From Corallochytrium limacisporum Hawaii (taxonomy: Eukaryota > Protista > Pluriformea), in assembly GCA_002811645.1 (NCBI GenBank), contig PDIP01000106.1, positions 55,783-117,702 on the forward strand: a stretch of DNA of 61,920 bases, given 5' to 3'. Below the pieces are notes generated by a model, which worked only from the letters and a program-made list of their open reading frames with translations, searched no databases and was not told where the DNA came from. Position numbers and translations under genes: made by a program. Every line of letters starts with the position of its first letter. Within the stretch, counting starts at the first letter, position 1. This document shows, one piece after another, positions 42,910 to 54,564 of this stretch.

Positions 42910-45900
42910 TCGTTTTCGTAAGGAACTGTGATAGATGGGTGGTATCAGTGGGGTCCTTGTTACCTCCTACACACAGTTCACCACAGAACTGACGTATTGG
43001 TTTGTTTCAAGGAAGAGAGTCGATCGTATAACCAACCAAGGTCGCAGTCTCGTTTCCTTGACCCATCCGTGTCGTTCCCATCGGCGATGTGCTCTGTGAG
43101 AGGTCTCAGCTCATGATACGATCTGTAGCGTTCAGTTTTGTTTGAATAGCTGTAGGTGAATCCTTAATAAAAGTCAAAGCGAATACTCTCTGTGGCCTAC
43201 TCGCTGCGATTCATGAAGGCTCCCCCAAAACCTGTTCCGGGCTCGACAACGGTGTAAGGGGGGGTCAGCGCATTCTTGCCAAAGTATCAGACGCCGGCAG
43301 CAATGGTAGGTGGGTGGGTGCTGCCGGCAGATGGTGCCCCGGGAAGAACGATATTTTCAAGCGCGAAATGACCAATGAAGAAATCAGAGTATCACTATTT
43401 ACATTTCTCTACGGTACCCCCACTAAATTGCGAGTTTTGAGAACCTCCCGGGAGACACAAGCGCCCGAAAGTTCCTTTGGTCAGCGGGAGACGTGGCGCT
43501 AAGAGAAGGCCCCGGGGGGGGGGGGGGGGGGGGGCCNNNNNNNNNNNNNNNNNNNNNNNNNNNNNNNNNNNNNNNNNNNNNNNNNNNNNNNNNNNNNNNN
43601 NNNNNNNNNNNNNNNNNNNNNNNNNNNNNNNNNNNNNNNNNNNNNNNNNNNNNNNNNNNNNNNNNNNNNNNNNNNNNNNNNNNNNNNNNNNNNNNNNNNN
43701 NNNNNNNNNNNNNNNNNNNNNNNNNNNNNNNNNNNNNNNNNNNNNNNNNNNNNNNNNNGGGGGGGGGGTAGGTTCTTCAGCTTCGTTGCCATTGAGTCCA
43801 GTTCAAAGCGCTTTTCGCAGTGCGAATAGGTGATTTCGATGCTTCATCAATATTAAAGGTAGGACCATGGCAATGGTGGGAGTTCAGAGTATGCCCCATG
43901 CTCTGGCAACATGTACGAAAGTTCAGGGTCACATCATTGACACATCATCACCTTCTATCTACGGTTAAGCACTTAATAGCCACTATGCTACTAGCAGCTC
44001 TTCTTCTGGATGGCGGGCTGGAAAATGATTAAGAGTGGGAGTCACCAGGAGGTCTGATCCATAACCGAGCCAGTCGGACATCTCCGTGTGGCCGTGCGTG
44101 TCCACAGTATGTGTTTGGACACACACACACACACACATCCGCGCGGGAGCACAGCCAGGATCGCCACTGGCGTCCGGCCCTGAGAGACGGCGCGGTTGCC
44201 CTTTCTGGGACCGGTCAGAGAAGCGCACAGCGCGCAGGCTGGGCTATCTTTTCCGGGCAGCGCCAGGGACCCGCACTTCGCTCCCGCTCCCGAGCGGGCG
44301 CAAAAAAAGAAAAAAAAAACAAGAAAACTCTTAAAAACGTAAGGCCCCCCCTGGGGGGGGGTTGTCCTAACGCACTCTTCCCAGAGAGCGAGAGGGAGAT
44401 AGAAGAGAGGGGTGGGCTGGGCATTCAGAGCACAGATCCTGAGGTGTCCCGTGTCCTCCGTTATCATTCCGGGGCTGAGTCGGTTAGCGGTGGTAATAAG
44501 CTCGGCCGATACCTTCTGTGCATCGATAGGGGCCCCACCTTACAACTCATTCTCTCCTCTCGCTCCCCCCGCGGGGGGGGGGGGCGGGAGGCCTCCCTTC
44601 CTTTACTCTTCAGGCGGCAGTTGTTCCTGAATACTTAGGGGCGGGGGATTTTCTATCTCTGTTTTGTCGGCTCGATTGCTTCCCGTATATCCCACCGCCG
44701 CCCGTAGCAGCAAAGTACCCCTTGGTATTTTTAACCTTTGTGTGAGTGAGACCGGCCCGCTCCAAGCGTTCGGGGTTCGTGTGCGCGCGGGGTCTGGCTG
44801 TTCCACCTTTTCGTTTTGCCTTGCGCAGATTTTGATATACTCAGAGGCCTGCGGGCACGAAGAGAACCACGAAGGTTCTCCAGGCGTCGCCAACTCATCG
44901 TGGTGGATGTACCTCGGGTGGCAGAAAAATATTAGAGTGCACGGGGTGGGAGGGCCCCTTTAGCCAAATCCAGCTGCTTCAGTATTCCGAGGGAAATTCC
45001 AGCGGTGGCCATATACCCAAACTGCCACTTCGTCATCGTCGCAGTCCCAGATCGGGTAGGATCCCAGCACAGCGAGTCTGTGGCCGCCTTGTGCGTGTGC
45101 TCTGGTGGTAGCACTGACAAACTTGGCCGCCACTCTGATCTTAGCGGTCAAAGTAAAGTGTCCGATACCCCCCCCTCCCCCCCACAGCACCGAATGTGTC
45201 CCTCGGTGGGTATTAAGTGGGCAGCATTGGAATTGGTCTTTGCCGAAACGGTTTCCCCAATACTTCCACCTCAGGGTTGTGTTCCTGTCCATGACTTGGG
45301 TCAACAATAACAAAATGGCGGGTGGTGGGCGACCCTCCCCCACGTCCCATTCCATTCCAGTCTCCCCAATCTGGTCTACGGATTTGGCACGGTGGGAGAC
45401 AACCGACTGAAACGGCACCACCACAGAAAATTGACTAAATCTTGATAGCGCTCTGGCACCTGCTGATATGAGGTGATTCTTATCCGTAACAGATTCGGCT
45501 ACCGCTAACGGCTTCGCTAGCCAGGGCTTATTGGTTCCAATCGCGCCGCATTCACCCTTGTGGGACTCCGCTCGGGGCCGGGCGGTGAAGACTACACTGT
45601 TTCGAACCGGAATGCGGCAGTACGGTATGGCCCCCCTTGGTACATTTAGTATTTGTCTGCGGTGCCCCCCCCCAAGAGACTAATGGACTCCAGCTGCAAG
45701 CTTTGTCCTTCCCCGACTGGGGAAGGAGGCCGTCTATTTAACCCCGGTGGTGGCGGTGTGTTATGTGGATCCCCATTTTCATTTGGTTTTTTTTGCTAGT
45801 AAGTGTGGAGCGACAGGGCCTCGTTGATGACCTTGGCCTGTGCAAACATGTAATCAAACACTGGATTCTGGTTCACACCGCGTTCCTCATCGAGGCGTGG

Positions 45901-47397
45901 CCCCCAGAAGGACAGACAAGACAAACGAGGCTTGGTCTGGGCCAAAACCATCACAACTGGTTAGGTGCGATATGTCCATTTTAGCGACATCCCCGCAAGG
46001 AATTGATCCCGGCGTGTGCCAGATATGTTGATATCTGCAGCACACCGCCACTTCCGTTCGCGCCATTGCTGTGAGCAATTTAAGAACGGCTTTTGTGTGT
46101 GCCGCGCCGCCTTTGCACGCAAGGTCGAGCTCAAGCGGTTTACTGAAATATAGTAACTACCCGGTGTGGAATGCGATGCACCCAATTAATTTCGCGTCCA
46201 TTGATGTCGCTTTTCTGTGTAATATCCAAATCGATCTGGTTCCATCGGTCTAGATGCGAAGCTGCCGTGAAGCTTTGAGCACAGCATCTTCATCAACAAC
46301 CCAAAATAATTGGCCCCACAGCACCTCGACATGGTACGAGGATGCTTTGTTGCTCTCGTTGCATGAATGAATTGAAGGGAATAATTCGGTGGTTGCCCTT
46401 CCAGTCGTATTCAAGTGGCAATGATCGTGCCCCACAAACAACGGAGAAAGATACGCTTAAGCTACATACTTGCCGGGGTGCGCGTCACGCAACAAAGGGT
46501 AAAGTCAGGCCATTCGAGCGTCTCACAACTTTGTTGTGGTCTGTTGCCGTAGCTATATATTCGCTGCTGCAGTGGCACCGCTGAAATGTACCAAAATTTT
46601 ATTTGAAGCTATGGTGGTCGTTTTGAAGAACGAAGAACGGCAGGCCACCAACGTAGAGAACAAAAGGTGATTGCGGGCGAGAGAATAGAAGAAGCCCAGC
46701 CGCCAGCACACGCAAAATAGCCTAAGCCAGTCAATACATTCATCATGCAAGTTTTGTAATGGTACTCCTTTTTTCGGCACAGAGGATTTGTCGTCAATCT
46801 TGCACTGGGTGCGCCGAACATTGGAAGGCAAACCACACCTCGTCCTGACCGCACAACCTGCCGCGTCGGAGTTCGTTCACAACGTATCCACTGTGATTCC
46901 CCTCCCTCCAATGGAGGAAGTTTTGAAGGGTTGGCTGGCATGGTTTGGTGTGGGTGGATCGGAGTGTAAGGAGTAAGAAGGGAGAAGAAAAGCGGGGAGG
47001 CGGCTACCCAGGATGGGGTCAGCGTCGTTGCAAAGCTACCATCCACTAATTTGGTGGTGTTGCGGACCCGGTTTCTGTTCATCTAGGGTCTGTGAATTCT
47101 TCCACGTAGTTCAGAGTGTCTCTTTTTTATTTGCCCGCTCCATTCCGGCGAAATATTGTGCATCTACCGGAATATGAATGAAAGTGCAGGTTCTCTCAAC
47201 CACCCTCCGCCTTCACCCTTTGCCCAACATAGGAAGGCTTCAGGCAAATGACTCAGGTTCATGGAAATATTCGCATAGCTTGGTCAGCTGCTCGCACGCA
47301 CGTCGCGGTGGTACTGCCCTTCGAACAGTACGCGGTCGAACGGGGGGTGGGAGAGCCGTACTTTGCTCTGGTGAGCCCCTCTCGGAGATCTGCATCA

Positions 47398-47697
47398 GAG
47401 TGGTTCGAGTACACAGTGTTCTTGTGTAAGGCAGGGAACACATACCTTGTGCCCGTGTACATCACAGTGGTTCGAGCGCGCAGTTTTCTTTTGCCAGGCA
47501 GAGTGGACAAAAGAACTTACGATCCGGTCGCAGTGGTTCGAGCGCACAGGTTTCTTGTGCCAGGCAGAGACGACAAGAACTTACCGTCTCGTCGCAGTGG
47601 TTCGAGCGCACAGGTTTCTTGTGCCAGGCAGAGACGACAAGAACTTACCGTCTCGTCGCAGTGGTTCGAGCGCACAGTTTTCTTGTGCCAGGTAGAG
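47398..47697. repeat. Tandem array of five 64-67 nt units
   Basis: Core AGTGGTTCGAGCGCACAG(G/T)TTTCTTGTGCCAGGCAGAG begins at 47399, 47466, 47532, 47596 and 47660; units 3 and 4 are identical. Confidence 0.92.
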
Positions 47698-49508
47698 CGG
47701 AGTTGATGACCCATTCACACACTACCCTGTTGGGAAGCGGTGTGCACCAGTGGCGGCAGCCCCGCGATGGTGAGAGCTCCCATGCTCCCATCATCCGCCA
47801 GCGAAAGCAAGAGATTTGTGCAGCGCCATATTCGCACGAACCATGAGCTGCTGGAAGATCAAAAATTTTCTACATAGGGATCTGGAAAGTACCGTCGGCG
47901 GCTAAATACTAGATATATGAGCCTATCGATGCAAAGCGGTGGATATGCGTCTGCTGAATGTGTACTGCGTAGGCGGATGTGCGATCCTTGACTACGCTCC
48001 TTTCCGGTACCGCACTGCTGGCATATCTGTTCTTAGTGGCTTTTTTTTCAGGGGCAGGAGAGGTGTTGCTGGCGTGCTTCACAACAAATCATCTCGCGGA
48101 TGCAAAAAGTGCCCGTCGAATTCAAAACTCGAAATTCTTTTGCTCTGCGAAAGAGGCTTCAGACGTCCCAGTGTTTCATCATCGGTTTCGCCCCAAAACG
48201 AACGAAAATTAAAGTCCGTCTGGGCTAAACCGTTCGGTCAATGTTCGTCACGATATTTTGGCACACCTACCCTCGGCTGTATTCCCGTCTTGATGTCCAT
48301 TGCCGGCTGAGCACACACACACACACACACACCCGTGACAAGGCAAAAGGAAGCTCCGACGGAATATTTAAAAAAGGTACTATAAAGGAACATATATTGA
48401 ACAGGACAATGCGATCCTTGGTTCCCTTCTCCCCTCTCCACCATTCCCCTCACGCCCCGCTGCTTGGAGAGAAAGAAAAAAAAATGAAGAACGGGACGGT
48501 ATTGGGAGAAGGGAAGGGGAGGGGAGGGGGGGGAGGGAGAAAAAGAGAGAACCTTAGCGGGAAGGGTAAAAAAGAGTGAAACACATTGACCGGGGGAGAA
48601 GGGGGGAGGGCCCGCGGGGGAGAGAGAGAAGGGGAGAGGAGGAGGGGGGGGGGATTTAACAGTGTTTCACCATTTTTACGCCTTTCTTTTTGGTTTGTTC
48701 CCAATTTCTTCTTTTTTTTTTGACCACCGGAGTTTTCACCACCCGTGCCTGTTTCATATCTCTTCTCTTGTGGCCCTTCGGCCGCTAAATACGGACAGGT
48801 GGTTTGACGGTGGTGCCTGTGCCGTTACCCGCTGGTGTGTCATTTTTTGTCTTTCTTTGGCTTCACGGAGACATACAGGGAAGCGCCACCCTCTCTATCA
48901 CGGGGGAGGATCAGCTGGTGACACACACACACGAACGATTATGCGCCGCACCACCAATTCTGTGCGCCTATGCAAGAGGAAAACAAGTGGTTGAAATCGC
49001 TCCTCGACTTAGTGCTTCGGTGTCATGCGCCTGGACCCTTTCTCCGGTGTTGGCGCGTCAGCTTTCTCCTCTTAATTCTACTTTGTTCTCTTAACCGATC
49101 CATTTCGCCCGGGTTCTTTCGTTGGCCTTTCTGACGTTTCTTCTTAGTTTCTTGAATCCTTTGCATTCATTCAAGACAGGTATATCGGGCGTCACGTTGC
49201 CAATACTACTCATGGTGTTATTATCCCTCTTCTAAAACATTGGCGGACTGCAAGACATTGCTGTCTCTCGCACATTAGTTGCCGGAACAATGAGTGAATG
49301 AACAACACGGAAGTGTTGAAAGGGACTTTGAGCGCATCTCATGTGTAACAAAAGTTTTAAATTTTTCGTCGGCAACGAGTGACTTCAAAACTTTAGATCC
49401 CAAGGAGAGAAAACCGAAGACACTCGACACTAGTTTTCGGCCACCTAACTCTTGGAGAAAGTAGGAATCCTCTACGTACAAGCAAGAACACAGACACCTA
49501 CCAAAACA

Positions 49509-51440
49509 ATGGCAGCAGGCACCGAAGGCAGCGCGCATATCCAAGATGCGCAAAGCTTCTTGTTCCCACAAGCGTCACGGGAACGGGTTGAGCTCCTGCC
49601 CCACATTCCCCAGAACGGGTGCCACGTCCTCGTGGTTGAGGACAACATGATTATGCAAAAGGTGTTGATCAAATGGCTAAAGAATTTGGGAATTCGCACT
49701 TCCCAAGCTTTCGATGGTATGCAGGCTGTAGTGATGAGTCAGAAGGAAGTCTACGACCTAATCCTCATGGACATTTCCTTGCCCAATATGGACGGCGTGC
49801 GGGCCAGCAAAGCCATTCGGCATGACAGTCAGAATGTCAACACACCAATTATTGGTTTCAGTGCCTACGCCACTGCGGATGATATTCGGGAGGCGGAGGT
49901 TAATGATTTCCTGACCAAACCCATCAGTATCTCTGACCTGATTCGAACCATCAACAAATGGTACAAGTCTAACTCTACGAACAGTTTCCTTATGGAGCGG
50001 GACATTCACCGATTTACCAATAATCAGCCAGCAGATGCACCCCATTTTCTATTCGATAACAGCATCCTGGAAGCCCTCGCGGACAATCGGTCTGGTGCCC
50101 AACCCACCCGTACCACTGCACTTGTGGTCGAAGACAATAGCGTGACACAGAGGGTGATTTCCACGTTCCTGAAGAAAATGGACGTGGACGTGTTGCAGTG
50201 TTTCAATGGTAACGAAGCTGTGGAAGCATGCCAAGAGAAGCGTTTCGACATGATTTGGATGGACATGAGCATGCCCGTCATGAACGGTATCACTGCAACA
50301 CATATTATTCGCAACACAGACAATTTGAACCGGCAGACACCCATTATCGCCTTCTCGTCGTACGGTAGCCGTGAAGAGTACAGTGCCCTCGGTCTTTCTG
50401 ACTATCTGCAGAAGCCCTTCACTAAGGATGATCTGGCAGAAATGGTCAAAAAGTGGCGCCCATTCCCAGGCAACAGTCCTAATTCCGGCGCTGATCTGAA
50501 AGGAGGCGCAAATGGAAGTTTGGAGGCTGTTGCCGGTGGTCTCGGTGCCGGTGCAGGCAACGACCCGTCCGGCCCTTTGGCTGGTGGCGCCCCATTGGCA
50601 GGGGCAAACGACGTGGGACGAGGGGTCAAGACCGAGCAACAAGTCAATCTCATCCTCGACAATCTGTCCAACAGTCCTACGGCTGGAGGTGGCAGTGGCA
50701 CGAGGGGATCATCGGCCAGTGGCGCGAGTGGTGCCGGCAATTTGATGGGACTTGGTGGAGGTGGCAATGCATTCGGTAGCACGCGGGACACTCTGGGCAG
50801 CTCGGGCAGTGGTCCTGGAGCCTTTGACTTTATGGGCATGCCCACCGGTGCTGGCGTACCAAACAGTCAAAAGATAAACGGCAGTGGTCCCGGAGGCATT
50901 GGTGGTCCCGGCGCGGCGGACTTCATGAGCGCAAAGAAGGTCAAAACTAACGAATCTGGTCAGTCCATGCCCCCCGGTGCGGTGGGAGCCGATATGCCTG
51001 GCTTGGGTGGGCGCCAGAAGACGGTCTTCGAAGAGCGCAGAGACAAGGGAGAAATGATTCGCATGTCCCATAATTCGAAGGAGCGCATGCGCCGCAAAGA
51101 AATTGTGGACGCAGTTCATTGGTTCCGTAACGTTATTCCCGGCGGACACGACAAGATGGACAAGGCCAGTGTGCTCAAGATTGCGGTGGAGTACTACCGC
51201 GTGCTTGAACTAACCCTTGGTGAGGAGCGCCTGAATGAGATTCGGCAGCAATTTGTCAACTGTCCGGTTGATGGGGTACATCCCTTGATGCCGGACGGAC
51301 CGGTCGGGGAGGTTATGTCCCCCGGACTGCAGCAGTACTGCGTCCGCATGGGCATGAATCCGGAGACTGTACAGCAGGAGACCATGCGTCGACAACGCGA
51401 GGCCATGAACCAAAATCAATCTAAAGAATCGGGAAACTGA
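49509..51440 (+). CDS. Tandem response-regulator receiver (REC-REC) plus bHLH transcription factor
   Basis: REC1 about 49623-49961 (VLVVEDN, ILMDISLP.MDG, GFSA, FLTKP); REC2 about 50115-50456 (LVVEDN, IWMDMSMPVMNG, AFSS, YLQKP); Gly-rich linker; bHLH about 51060-51209 (HNSKERMRR.EI...FR.VIP...KMDKASVL..AVEY). Confidence 0.9.
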   Translation: MAAGTEGSAHIQDAQSFLFPQASRERVELLPHIPQNGCHVLVVEDNMIMQKVLIKWLKNLGIRTSQAFDGMQAVVMSQKEVYDLILMDISLPNMDGVRASKAIRHDSQNVNTPIIGFSAYATADDIREAEVNDFLTKPISISDLIRTINKWYKSNSTNSFLMERDIHRFTNNQPADAPHFLFDNSILEALADNRSGAQPTRTTALVVEDNSVTQRVISTFLKKMDVDVLQCFNGNEAVEACQEKRFDMIWMDMSMPVMNGITATHIIRNTDNLNRQTPIIAFSSYGSREEYSALGLSDYLQKPFTKDDLAEMVKKWRPFPGNSPNSGADLKGGANGSLEAVAGGLGAGAGNDPSGPLAGGAPLAGANDVGRGVKTEQQVNLILDNLSNSPTAGGGSGTRGSSASGASGAGNLMGLGGGGNAFGSTRDTLGSSGSGPGAFDFMGMPTGAGVPNSQKINGSGPGGIGGPGAADFMSAKKVKTNESGQSMPPGAVGADMPGLGGRQKTVFEERRDKGEMIRMSHNSKERMRRKEIVDAVHWFRNVIPGGHDKMDKASVLKIAVEYYRVLELTLGEERLNEIRQQFVNCPVDGVHPLMPDGPVGEVMSPGLQQYCVRMGMNPETVQQETMRRQREAMNQNQSKESGN

Positions 51441-52596
51441 ATGCCAATGCAGTCGCTAAAGAAGCGGGTTTTGGAACTTACGAAGAACAGCACAGGACCC
51501 CTATTCCCTTAGGACCGAACCACAAACCCTCATACGCTTCTCTATCTATTGCTGCAAGGCACACGAGCAGAATACAAAAATTTCATTTGCAACATCATAT
51601 CCTTCTGTCTTTTGTCATCTGCGCTTGTGATTTTAGATACTGGGTTCAAGCCAGAAAGCTTGCGCATCGAAGCATGCCACTCTGTCTGACCTTCCAGTCT
51701 TATTTACACACACACTCTCTCTCTCTCTCCCTCTCTCCGTGCCCTCCCCACTACGGCACTCGACCACTTTTCCGTCCGTTGATTCCCGCCCCCCGCTGGT
51801 TGGTTGCCTGCTGAGAGTCAGGACCTATACCGGCACAACGAGGGCAGCAAAAAGTTTGACTGTTTGTTCAGTACGAACAGGCGAGGTGGAGCGGTGCCGT
51901 TGGTGGACGGCAGAATGGCGGGTCAGTGCGTGATGAACCGACACCTGCGGTTGGTGTGAGTGGTGTTGCACGGGGAAGGCCGAAAGCCAAGAAAAAGGGG
52001 GGGAAAGGAAGGGGAATGCCGAGGTCTCATCCTGCAAAAGGGTCACAGAATGGGGCTCCTGTTTGCCTCTTCGCCAGCAATAAGAGTTTCGAGGACTCTA
52101 CTTACCTTACCACTTGCCTTTGGAACACACTTTCTGGTTTGATATGGTACTAGTTACACACTACATCAGAACATGGACTCATGTGTTATTTTGGGATTGA
52201 TACAGAATTGAGTTCGGATGGGAGAACAAGGACGAGATCGGCACTTGCCAACCAGCGAGATCGTACTACTCGGTTCTATTTGAAGGTGGGAACGTAGTAA
52301 AGAAAGAGGGAATTACGGAGGGGAAAATCTATTCCTTACAAAATTTTGAACGATGGGAAACCAGTTCAATAGATTTGAAGGTCTGCCCGAAGGGCACCAC
52401 CGAAGTTTGGACCCGATCGAGCATTTTAAGGTTCGCGTTACCATGCACAAAGTGGCAGCACGATCTGTATCGAAACTGCTGGCAGACGCAACCGGAAATC
52501 CAAAGAGCTTACACAATGCAACATTTTCTAGGTTTTTCCTATGGGTGTATCAGGTATCCTTTACATATCTTCTTAGTTCGTAGCGACCCAAGGTTA

Positions 52597-54564
52597 TCAG
52601 TCCTGGAATTGCAGAACCTGGCCTTGTGTCCTGAGCAGCTCATTCCAGACCTTCTGCATGGCCATAGGCAGGATCTTATGCCATTCATGGTCTACCCTCT
52701 CGGGCATGAGACCATATTCGTATTCTCCGTGGGTCCAATTAGTCGACGAAGTCGGTGACAACTTACGGAATGTTGTATAACCTGGAACATGCTCAAGAAG
52801 TGATTCTGCCGGATCTTCAGGCCGCGACGAGAACGCCGATGATTTCTTCCTTGTCACCTTCCTACTATATCCCACCAGCACAGGTACATAGGTCTGCTTA
52901 ATGTGCGAGAAGCGATGTGACACGGGGGTCAGCAATGTTGATGATTTCGGTAGAGACTTGAGGCCGGGCGGTAACGCTTTGCTGTCTTTTTGGTCGGCAA
53001 TTTCCTGCAGGAAGCGTACCATGTGCCCTTGCATTGCTTTGTCTCCCCCATCGTCGTCTTCCGCAGCGGTCACGAGCGGGAACTCCCAGAGTCCGTGCAA
53101 CAGTCCACCGGTTTTCTTCTTGCTACCAGGCTCGTGTGGTGCCCGTGCGCGTCGCATCAGCACCCGACCATCCCTATTCACAAGAATAAAGGCGTAGTGT
53201 CTCTGTTCGATGGGGGGTTTAGCCTTCCTCTTCCGAGGATAGACTTCTACGGTCGGTGTAAAGAAGGTGCTGGTGTCAACGAACCTTGGGTTGATCTGTA
53301 GGGGCTCCTCCTCGGAGTGTTTCTCCCTTTTCCGCGTTCGCCTTTTGTCCTTTGTGTTCTTTTGAGTGTTGGACTGCTCAGGACCCTGTTGCCATTGCAC
53401 ATCCGCCAAGACTTCCAAGGGCAGACACAGATCGCACTCTTCGATGTCTTCTTGTTCTCCTTTTACGGTGCCCATGCAACCTTTGCCTCGACCATTTGTG
53501 AACAGCGCACTGAACCGATTCTGTTTGAATTCCACCGTCTCAGCATTTGCCAGGCAGGACTCACGGACCGGACACTGTCCACACTTTGCATTTTGAGGCG
53601 TGCACACAGTAGCCCCCAGTTCCATAAGCGCTTGGTTAAAATCTCCGACTCGGTCGTCGTCCTCTCGACCCAACCCGACTACGAGCGCCCGTGCTTGTGC
53701 CCAGATAAAGTCAAGAGTGGGTTTTGTAGCAGTGTCTGCACCAATCGCACGCTGCCGGCACACGACGCGGATGACGTTGCCATCAACAATCGGCACCGCA
53801 CGCCCAAAGCCAATACTTGCGATGGCACCAGCAGTATAGGCACCAACGCCTGGTAGATGTCGTTGAAGTTCCTCAGCAGTACTCGGTAGAAACCCCCTCA
53901 ATTCCTCAGATTCATATACTACATACCGCGCGCCTTTATGCAGATTGCGGGCGCGGGAGTAGTAACCCAAGCCCGCCCAGTTCTTTAGTACTGTGTCCAA
54001 ATCAGCATCTGCCAGGGCCTTGAGTGTGGGAAAGGCAGCCATCCAACGTTTAAAATAGCCCACAACGGTCACGACCTGAGTTTGCTGGAGCATGATCTCA
54101 GAAACCCAGATCTCATACGCGCGCTGTTGTACAGCTGGCTGGCGGTCGTAGTCACGCGTAGTCCAGATCTTCTTAGGCACGTCGGTGCGCCAAGGGAGAG
54201 TACGCCTGACCTTGAGATACCATGCCAACAGATTTTCCTGAAAATCAGGTACTTCATCATTGTGAAAAACGTGCAAGGTACGACCGAGTATGGCTTTGTT
54301 CCGGTGACTCAATTTGGGGCGATGTCGGGATACAGGTGGCTTGTGATAGTCGACACCACCGCTGGTAGGCTCTTCTTTGACAGTGATTTCCTTCTTAAGG
54401 TTCCTCCGCTTAGGTTTTTGTACAGGTTCCTCTAGGGTGTGGGCATCTTCGTCGTCGTCGATGTCGAAGTGGTCACTATATGAAACTGGTTTAGTCATTC
54501 GGAGTCTCTTGGACCGTCGTTCGGTCATTGGGGGTTCTCCGCAAGTATCCTGCAGACCAGGCAT
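52597..54564 (-). CDS. MUTYH: A/G-specific adenine DNA glycosylase
   Basis: LL.WY...RR.LPWR, WVSEIMLQQTQV, WAGLGYYSRARNL, HhH LPGVG.YTAGAIASI, VDGNV.RV, 4Fe-4S C-x6-C-x2-C-x5-C, DIEECDLC, GLWEFP, HRFSH. Start is ATG 54564 or nearby. Confidence 0.95.
   Translation of the reverse strand: MPGLQDTCGEPPMTERRSKRLRMTKPVSYSDHFDIDDDEDAHTLEEPVQKPKRRNLKKEITVKEEPTSGGVDYHKPPVSRHRPKLSHRNKAILGRTLHVFHNDEVPDFQENLLAWYLKVRRTLPWRTDVPKKIWTTRDYDRQPAVQQRAYEIWVSEIMLQQTQVVTVVGYFKRWMAAFPTLKALADADLDTVLKNWAGLGYYSRARNLHKGARYVVYESEELRGFLPSTAEELQRHLPGVGAYTAGAIASIGFGRAVPIVDGNVIRVVCRQRAIGADTATKPTLDFIWAQARALVVGLGREDDDRVGDFNQALMELGATVCTPQNAKCGQCPVRESCLANAETVEFKQNRFSALFTNGRGKGCMGTVKGEQEDIEECDLCLPLEVLADVQWQQGPEQSNTQKNTKDKRRTRKREKHSEEEPLQINPRFVDTSTFFTPTVEVYPRKRKAKPPIEQRHYAFILVNRDGRVLMRRARAPHEPGSKKKTGGLLHGLWEFPLVTAAEDDDGGDKAMQGHMVRFLQEIADQKDSKALPPGLKSLPKSSTLLTPVSHRFSHIKQTYVPVLVGYSRKVTRKKSSAFSSRPEDPAESLLEHVPGYTTFRKLSPTSSTNWTHGEYEYGLMPERVDHEWHKILPMAMQKVWNELLRTQGQVLQFQD

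Noticed and set aside
47398-47697. CRISPR array
   Set aside because: The spacer-like segments are related to each other (two are identical), there are no cas genes, and the context is eukaryotic.
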